A stretch of DNA of 64,000 nucleotides from positions 102,101 through 166,100 of the forward strand of contig NIVC01001281.1 in assembly GCA_002269645.1 (NCBI GenBank), written 5' to 3'. The translations under genes were made by a program, and so were the position numbers. Positions within the stretch are counted from its first letter, which is position 1; each line of letters begins with the position of its first letter. Below the pieces are notes generated by a model. That model did not search any database. It saw only the letters and a program-made list of their open reading frames with translations, and was not told the DNA's origin. This DNA comes from Macrostomum lignano. Its lineage: Eukaryota. Shown piece after piece: positions 56,935 to 64,000 of this stretch.

Positions 56935-57452
56935 TCAGCCGCTGAATGCCGCTGTCGCCGCCACCGCAGCCGCCGCCGTCGCCAGCAGAGTCCCGGTGAC
57001 CGCCCCCGCAGCCTTGGGCTCCACCGGGCACAGAACCGGCCGCCGCCAGCTGTCGGGCTGCAGGCCCTTCTCCAATCGAGCCGTGGCCTCGAAAGCCGGC
57101 GAGTTGATCACCACCGGCTGTCCCTGACCAGCTGAGGAGATTCGCAGGAACAGCGGAGTCAGCGGCTGGCCCAGCTGGGGGTTCAGGCTGCCTGGCTGGA
57201 GAGTCACGTGACTGGCATTGGACCCGAGCACCGGCGGTGGCAGCGGGAAGCCGCCTGGCCGCAGGATGGCGAGGAAGAAGCTGTACTGGGACTCGGTGTC
57301 CCCAGCCAGTCGCACGGGGGTCAGTTCATACAACACGGAGCCGTAGGCGGCGTTCAACAAGCCGCTGGTGGAGTTCTCCGACACAGACACGGTGCCGAAG
57401 CCGTAGTTGCCGAAGCTGTGAGCGGGGGGGGCAGGGTTGGAGCAGCCTTCAT
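56935..57452 (-). CDS. Probable terminal exon of a secreted or GPI-anchored-type protein
   Basis: Acceptor TCTAAAAG ends at 57453; GC-rich 172-codon frame ending in small/hydrophobic AAGAVTGTLLATAAAAVAATAAFSG*; upstream exons not located. Confidence 0.45.
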
Positions 57453-57955
57453 CTTTTAGAGGATCAAATGGTGTAACAAAGGGACGTTTCATAAGCTCAA
57501 ACTTTCAAAAGCTTAAAAATCTCAAAGCGACCAAAATTCTTTGCTACGTACGTACGTACTATACGTACGCAGTCATACGCACAGGCACACACTCACACAG
57601 GAGTGTACAGTGGCCCTAACTTTATTTTATCGTTTGGCATGTACACTTCACTGTGCCTTGGGGGGGGGGGGTTGGTCCTATAGCCGTTAATTGCACGAGC
57701 AGAGCCAAGCCGAGATTCCAATTTAGCCCCAAACTAGCAATCTACGCCCCCCGTTGGGGAGCCAAAGAAATGCAATACAAGTTTTTTTTAATAAGCTACA
57801 TGTATCCTTAAAATCTTAAAAAATCTCCTGTCAAACCTTGTAAGCCTTGACATGTCAGTTATCCCCCTCACAAGCTTTAACATATTAACTTCCCCCCTTG
57901 ACATCTCAGCAATGCCCCAATAAGCCTTGGAAATCTAAAAATATCTGTCAACCTT

Positions 57956-58000
57956 CTAACCCTAACCCTAGCCTAACCCTAACCCTAACCCTAACCCTAA
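57956..58000. repeat. Interstitial (CCCTAA)n telomere-type repeat, ~7 units
   Basis: CTAACCCTAACCCTAGCCTAACCCTAACCCTAACCCTAACCCTAA. Confidence 0.85.
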
Positions 58001-58057
58001 AGCATTGAAATTTCAGTAATTCTCTCTAAGAGTCATTATAGCACTACTACAGCATTA

Positions 58058-58395
58058 CAGGGGCGTAACCAGAGGGGGGGCAAGGGGGGCCGTGGCCCCC
58101 CCCCATAATCACCAACTCTGGCATTGGCGCCCCCCCCTAAAAGAAACTGGCGCCCCCCTTAAAGAAACTGGCGCCCCCCCTCCTAAAAGAAACTGGCGCC
58201 CCCTATAAGAAACTGGCGCCCGCCCTAAAATAAACTGGCGCCCCCCTAAAAGAAACTGGCGCCCCCTAAAAGAAACTGGCGCCCCCCTAAAAGAAACTGG
58301 CGCCCCCCTACAAGAAACTGGCGCCCCCCCTATAAGAAGCTGGCGCCCCCTAACTCAAGGCCCCCCCCCAAACAAAATTCCTGGCTACGCCCCTG
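58058..58395. mobile_element. hAT-type MITE, 338 bp, nested in the Helitron
   Basis: TIR CAGGGGCGTAACCAG / CTGGCTACGCCCCTG (1 mismatch in 15); 8-bp TSD CAGCATTA at 58050-58057 and 58396-58403; internal AAAGAAACTGGCGCCCCCCT repeats. Confidence 0.88.
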
Positions 58396-59239
58396 CAGCA
58401 TTATAGCGATTCCTTGCAAGCCTCAACATCGTAGGGATTCCCAAATGAATCTCTTAACTTCGACATGAAGCTTCTTTTATTTTTTACATTACGCTTTTTT
58501 ATCAGCGATCCCTCCCCTGAGGAGGCATCAAATAATGTAATAAAAAGTTTTCAATAAACTACATGTAGCTTCTGACTTTAGCCTTGATATCTCATTTATA
58601 CCCCCGTGAGCCTTGACATCTCAGCTATTCCCCCCGTAAGCCTTGACATGTCAGCAATGGCCCCCATAAACCTTGAAATCTAAAAAATCCCCTGTTAACC
58701 TTGAAACCCGATAAAATATAACCCTCAACCCACACCTGACCTAAACCTAACTTTAACCCAACCTAAAGCCTTGAAATCTCAGCAATTCTTCTCCCCTAAG
58801 CCTTGACATTTTAGTGATTCTTTCTTTAAGAATCACAGCACTATAACGATTTCCACCAAGCTTTGACATCGTAGCAATTCCCAAATGAATCTTTTAACTT
58901 CGACATGACTTTTCTTTATGTATACATAGTGCTACTTTTATTTTTTACATGACTTTTCTTCTATCAGCGCCCCCCCGTGACGAGCCAACAAAGAATGCAA
59001 TAAAAAATGGAGTAAAGTACATGAACTTTGAAGTAGCTTCTGACTTTTGCTTTGACATCTCAGAAACCCCCCCCCCCGTAATCTCAGTTATTCTCTGTGA
59101 GCCTTGACGTCTCAGTTTTTCTCCCCAGCACAGCATTATAGTTGCATTTAATTTTTACATGAACCCTTCATGTCTGACATGACGTTTCTTTTATTCTACC
59201 GTGACGCTTCTTAATTTTTTAAATGACACTTTCATTAGT

Positions 59240-59750
59240 TTTAAATGAGGCTTCTATGATTTTTTCTTGACGCTTCTATGATTTTTACATGACGCTTCTA
59301 TGATTTTTACATGACGCTTCTATGCTTGTTTACATGACGCTTCTATGATTGTTTACATGACGCTTCTATGATTGTTTACATGACGCTTCTACGATTTTTT
59401 ACATGACGCTTCTATGAGTTTTATATGACGCTTCTATGGTTGTTTACATGACGCTTCAATGATTTTTACATGACGCTTCTATGATTGTTTTCTTGACGCT
59501 TCTATGATTTTTACATGACGCTTCTATGATTGTTTACATGACGCTTCTATGATTGTTTACATGACGCTTCTATGATTGTTTACATGACGCTTCTATGATT
59601 GTTTACATGACGCTTCTATGATTGTTTACATGACGCTTCTATGATTTTTACATGACGCTTCTATGATTGTTTACATGACGCTTCTATGATTTTTACATGA
59701 CGCTTCTATGATTGTTTAAATGACGCTTCTATGATTTTTACATGACGCTT
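59240..59750. repeat. Minisatellite, 22/23-bp unit
   Basis: ATGACGCTTCTATGATT(GT/T)TTAC repeats. Confidence 0.94.
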
Positions 59751-60384
59751 CTTTTTAAAAAGTCTTTTAGTTTTCCTGACGTTGAAAAGCTTTAATTAAA
59801 AAAATTATACTCTATGAAAATTCAAACCATCGTCACTGCATTTAGCAGTTCAATTTGTTCACCTTTAGGCTAGCTCTCATCGTTTTGATAACATCAACTT
59901 TTGCACTTATATAACTCAACACTTTTAAATCCAAGCATAGAGTAAATCACACGAAGCAGTTATGACATAATCAGTTTCTCAGTCAGTCAGTATCAGTTAA
60001 CAATATGGTTACGCAATTTAAATCAAGTCTGGTGCTACGCTTCCACACTGCATTTTCAATTCAAGTCGGAGTTACAATTCAGTTATGATGCAATCTATTT
60101 CAGAGTCAGAATTCAACCAGTCATTTTTTTCTCTAGCATTCTTACAATGCATTTTTCAAGTCAAAAAGTTTGCTTGACCTTTGCAAAAAAGCATGTTTTT
60201 CGAATATTTAATGCCTTTAGCATCGAGCAATTTCTTAGCCACGATGCATGTACCGTCACGGGAAAATTTCTGATCGAACAGTGCAAGTTCGAACAAAATC
60301 GGTCCAGCCATTTTTTCTCTAATCGATCACATAGATAGATAGATAGATAGATAGACACAGACAGACCATTTTTAGTATATAGGA

Positions 60385-62320
60385 CTAGCCATTTAGCCCC
60401 CCGCTGGGGAGCCTTGAAAATGACACCAATTGGTTTTTATTTTGGCACAAGAGTAATAACCTTACTATAAGTATCCAAAATGTTGTTTTCCATAAATCAA
60501 AAATTACCTTTTCTCATTTCGGCAAAAATAAACATCCATGAATCAGAACTTTCATCAGCCAAAACAGTTTCCTTCATCAGCCCAAAACCCTTTCTAAATC
60601 AGCAAATAGTGCTTATCCTTTCAAGCACAAACTATTACTGAATATCGTCACTGGAAGGAGCTCAATATGCAAATCCTGGATGGTCTTAGACCCTCTCTCT
60701 ATATTAGCCTAAATCAAAGAATCAAAGCTTTAATGAATGCACTGGTATATCCTATTAGCAGAAATCAGCATCACTTGTGTGTACTATTTCATTATCTGAA
60801 TTACATGACACATGAGCTACTTGAGCTGTACAACGTGACTATCTGACAATCGCCTAACAAACTAACCCCCTCCCTCCAACAATTCAGCCATCGTCCATGA
60901 GCCTTGACATCTCAGCCATTCCCCAGTAAGCCTTAACTTCTCAGCAATTCCCCCGTAAGCTCTGAGATCTCAGCAATTCCCCCAGTAAGCCTTGAGCTCT
61001 CAGAAATTCCCCCAGTAAGCCTTAAAATCTCAGCAACTGCCCCAGTAAAGCCTTGAGATCTCAGCAATTAGCCCCGTAAGCTCTGAGATCTCAGCAATTC
61101 CCCAGTAAGCTTTGACATCTCAGTAATTCCCCCAGTAAGCCTTGACATCTCAGAAATTCCCTCAGTATGCTCTGAGATCTCAGCAATTCCCAGTGTAAGC
61201 TTTGACATCTCAGTAATTCCCCCAGTAAGCATTGAAATCTTAGCCATTCCCAGTAGGACTTGACATCTCAGCAATTCCCCCCAGTAAGCCTTGACACCTC
61301 AGCAATTCCCCTCGTAAGCCTCGACATATCAGCAATTCCCTCAGTAAGCCTTGATATCTCAGCAATCCCCCCAGTAAGCCTTGACATCTCAACCATTCAG
61401 CAATTCCCCCAGTAAGCCTTGAAATCTCAGAATTCCTCCAGAAAGCCTTGGTGTCTCAGCAGTTCCCTCATTAAGCCTCGACATCGCAGCAATTAAACTC
61501 AAGCCTCGACATCTACGCAAGTCTTCCAGCGCAGTATGCCTTGACATCCCAACAACCCGACTCTCCTCTCCCAAGAATTCAGCAATCCCCTTATAAGCCT
61601 TGATAATTCAGCAGTTTCTTTATGAGCCTTGTAACTCAGCGATTCCCCATGAGCTTTGATATCTTAGCAAGTCTTTAATTGATGGTTGACAGCCGTTAAT
61701 CTAAGATGGAACCAAAACTCACCTAAGCCCCTAACCCTAACGCAGAAGTAAGTCTTGGCATGTTAGCAATTTCCACCATGAGCCTTGAGTCTCAGCATTA
61801 AGGTAACCTCCTCAGTTATAAGCTTTGTAACCTGAATTTTACCGAAAGCCTTGACCTGTCAGCAACTCCTCGTAGAGCCAAAGCATTTAAGTAATTCGCC
61901 CCAAAAGCATTTAATCTTAGCAATTCCTCGATGAATCATTAATGATTGACACGACGATCGCTCTATAACTGAACCAAAACCATAACCCTTAACCTGCAGC
62001 CGGATTTCAGCAATTCCCCAATGAGCTTTGGAAATGTTAGCAATTTCCCCATGAGCCTGAAAATTGAGCGACTATCCTTTTGATATTTTGGCACTTGCAT
62101 TTTAGCAATTACCTAATGAACCTTGACATTTAGTGAATTTCAGCTATTTCCTTTAGAAGCCTTTGAAATCCCGGTCATTTCCCTGTGAATCTTAGCATCT
62201 CAGCAGAGTCACAGCCTAAAGCATTACAGGAATCCCACCGTAAGCTTTGACATCTTAGAAACTCCTATTTGAGCCATAAATTTTGGCCACATTCACATGT
62301 ATTGCGATCACAGCAATTCC
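60385..62320 (-). mobile_element. Second Helitron (3' part) abutting the head of the previous one
   Basis: Minus strand GCTCCCC-AGC-GGGGGGC-TAAATGG-CTAG (60388-60385) directly followed by TC of the next element; contains the 30-bp CCTTGACATCTCAGCAATTCCCCCAGTAAG family (60895-61700). Distal limit uncertain. Confidence 0.6.
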
Positions 62321-62324
62321 TGTT

Positions 62325-63570
62325 GAGCCTTGAGCCACAGTATAATTCAGATATCCCCCATGAGCTCCTTGAGCCACAGTATAATTCAGATATCCCCCAT
62401 GAGCTCCTTGAGCCACAGTATAATTCAGATATCCCCCATGAGCTCCTTGAGCCACAGTATAATTCAGATATCCCCCATGAGCTCCTTGAGCCACAGTATA
62501 ATTCAGATATCCCCATGAGCTCCTTGAGCCACAGTATAATTCAGATATCCCCCATGAGCTCCTTGAGCCACAGTATAATTCAGATATCCCCCATGAGCTC
62601 CTTGAGCCACAGTATAATTCAGATATCCCCCATGAGCTCCTTGAGCCACAGTATAATTCAGATATCCCCCATGAGCTCCTTGAGCCACAGTATAATTCAG
62701 ATATCCCCCATGAGCTCCTTGAGCCACAGTATAATTCAGATATCCCCCATGAGCTCCTTGAGCCACAGTATAATTCAGATATCCCCCATGAGCTCCTTGA
62801 GCCACAGTATAATTCAGATATCCCCCATGAGCTCCTTGAGCCACAGTATAATTCAGATATCCCCCATGAGCTCCTTGAGCCACAGTATAATTCAGATATC
62901 CCCATGAGCTCCTTGAGCCACAGTATAATTCAGATATCCCCCATGAGCTCCTTGAGCCACAGTATAATTCAGATATCCCCCATGAGCTCCTTGAGCCACA
63001 GTATAATTCAGATATCCCCCATGAGCTCCTTGAGCCACAGTATAATTCAGATATCCCCCATGAGCTCCTTGAGCCACAGTATAATTCAGATATCCCCCAT
63101 GAGCTCCTTGAGCCACAGTATAATTCAGATATCCCCCATGAGCTCCTTGAGCCACAGTATAATTCAGATATCCCCCATGAGCTCCTTGAGCCACAGTATA
63201 ATTCAGATATCCCCATGAGCTCCTTGAGCCACAGTATAATTCAGATATCCCCATGAGCTCCTTGAGCCACAGTATAATTCAGATATCCCCCATGAGCTCC
63301 TTGAGCCACAGTATAATTCAGATATCCCCCATGAGCTCCTTGAGCCACAGTATAATTCAGATATCCCCATGAGCTCCTTGAGCCACAGTATAATTCAGAT
63401 ATCCCCCATGAGCTCCTTGAGCCACAGTATAATTCAGATATCCCCCATGAGCTCCTTGAGCCACAGTATAATTCAGATATCCCCCATGAGCTCCTTGAGC
63501 CACAGTACAATTCAGATATCCCCCATGAGCTCCTTGAGCCACAGTATAATTCAGATATCCCCCATGAGCT
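62325..63570. repeat. Minisatellite, 39-bp unit (38-bp variants), ~32 copies
   Basis: GAGCCACAGTATAATTCAGATATCCCCCATGAGCTCCTT repeats. Confidence 0.97.
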
Positions 63571-64000
63571 ATGACATTCCTCGATGAGTCTTACGTTTGA
63601 AAGGCCAATTCATTTATGGTTTACGCCTTACTCTTACCCTAACAATGTCGGCAATTCCGAAAACAGCCACAGCATTCCAGTAGTTATCTCTACGAGCGTA
63701 TAGGCCTTGACAGCAAAGCATTTTTAATGAGCCTTGATACCCCAGAAGTTTGACAAATGAACCTTGAAATCAAAGAAATTCTCTCCAGAATGACATACAC
63801 TCGTAATTATAGCAATTCCCCTTGAGTCTTGAGATCTTATAAATTCTCCCATGAGTCTTGATATCACAGCAATTTGTCATAGCAGCATTGTGCTCGTAGC
63901 AATAGTCTTAGCGATCTTAACAGTCTTCACAATTGCCTATGAGACTTTTACATTCGACAGAGCGCTTCTTTTATGATTAACATGATGATTTTGTTCGCTT

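Larger units (their letters stand above)
57734..60384 (-). mobile_element. Non-autonomous Helitron with both ends, composite interior
   Basis: 5' TCCTATATACTAAAAATGGTCTGT..(CTAT)n..GGCTGGACCGATTTT from 60384; 3' GCTCCCC-AAC-GGGGGGC-GTAGATTG-CTAG|T at 57737-57734, identical to the 46012 end; contains a 23-bp VNTR, degenerate 30-bp repeats, telomeric repeats and a nested MITE. Confidence 0.7.

Noticed and set aside
62255-63587. Repetitive ORFs and CRISPR-like regular spacing
   Set aside because: 39-bp head-to-tail units with no unique spacers and no cas genes; eukaryotic context. The same applies to all other arrays.

Overview
Eukaryotic (animal) genomic DNA. GC-rich coding exons with polyQ/polyA tracts sit among very many minisatellites; this pattern plus TTAGGG repeats suggests a free-living flatworm such as Macrostomum (inference only). 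Genes supported by the sequence: (1) the last exon of a MAGUK-p55-family guanylate-kinase-domain protein (244-420,+); (2) a single-pass membrane protein ORF split by an intact RTE-like LINE (3612-7788; 13-bp TSD, (GAA)n tail, APE+RT+4 zinc fingers, no upstream AUG, 2A-like ETIEKNPGP motif); (3) a 4-exon EBP-like gene (18271-22025,+); (4) a 5-exon divergent TRPV-like channel (26739-29512,+); (5) a Pax6-class gene (31154-39949,-) with a 1-nt frameshift in the paired box; (6) an intronless RING/TRAF-zinc-finger E3 ligase (54324-55379,+) whose stop-codon region is tandemly amplified about 13 times; plus several orphan ORFs. Mobile DNA includes many Helitron ends (hairpin+CTAG, head-to-tail CTAG|TC junctions, a helicase terminal exon), TIR MITEs with 8- or 9-bp TSDs, a tRNA-derived SINE family, and two 39/46-bp elements made of two 17-bp TIRs with different 8-bp TSDs (P-element-like footprints or ultra-small transposons). 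No rRNA, intact tRNA or CRISPR array was seen. Exon boundaries were derived by hand.
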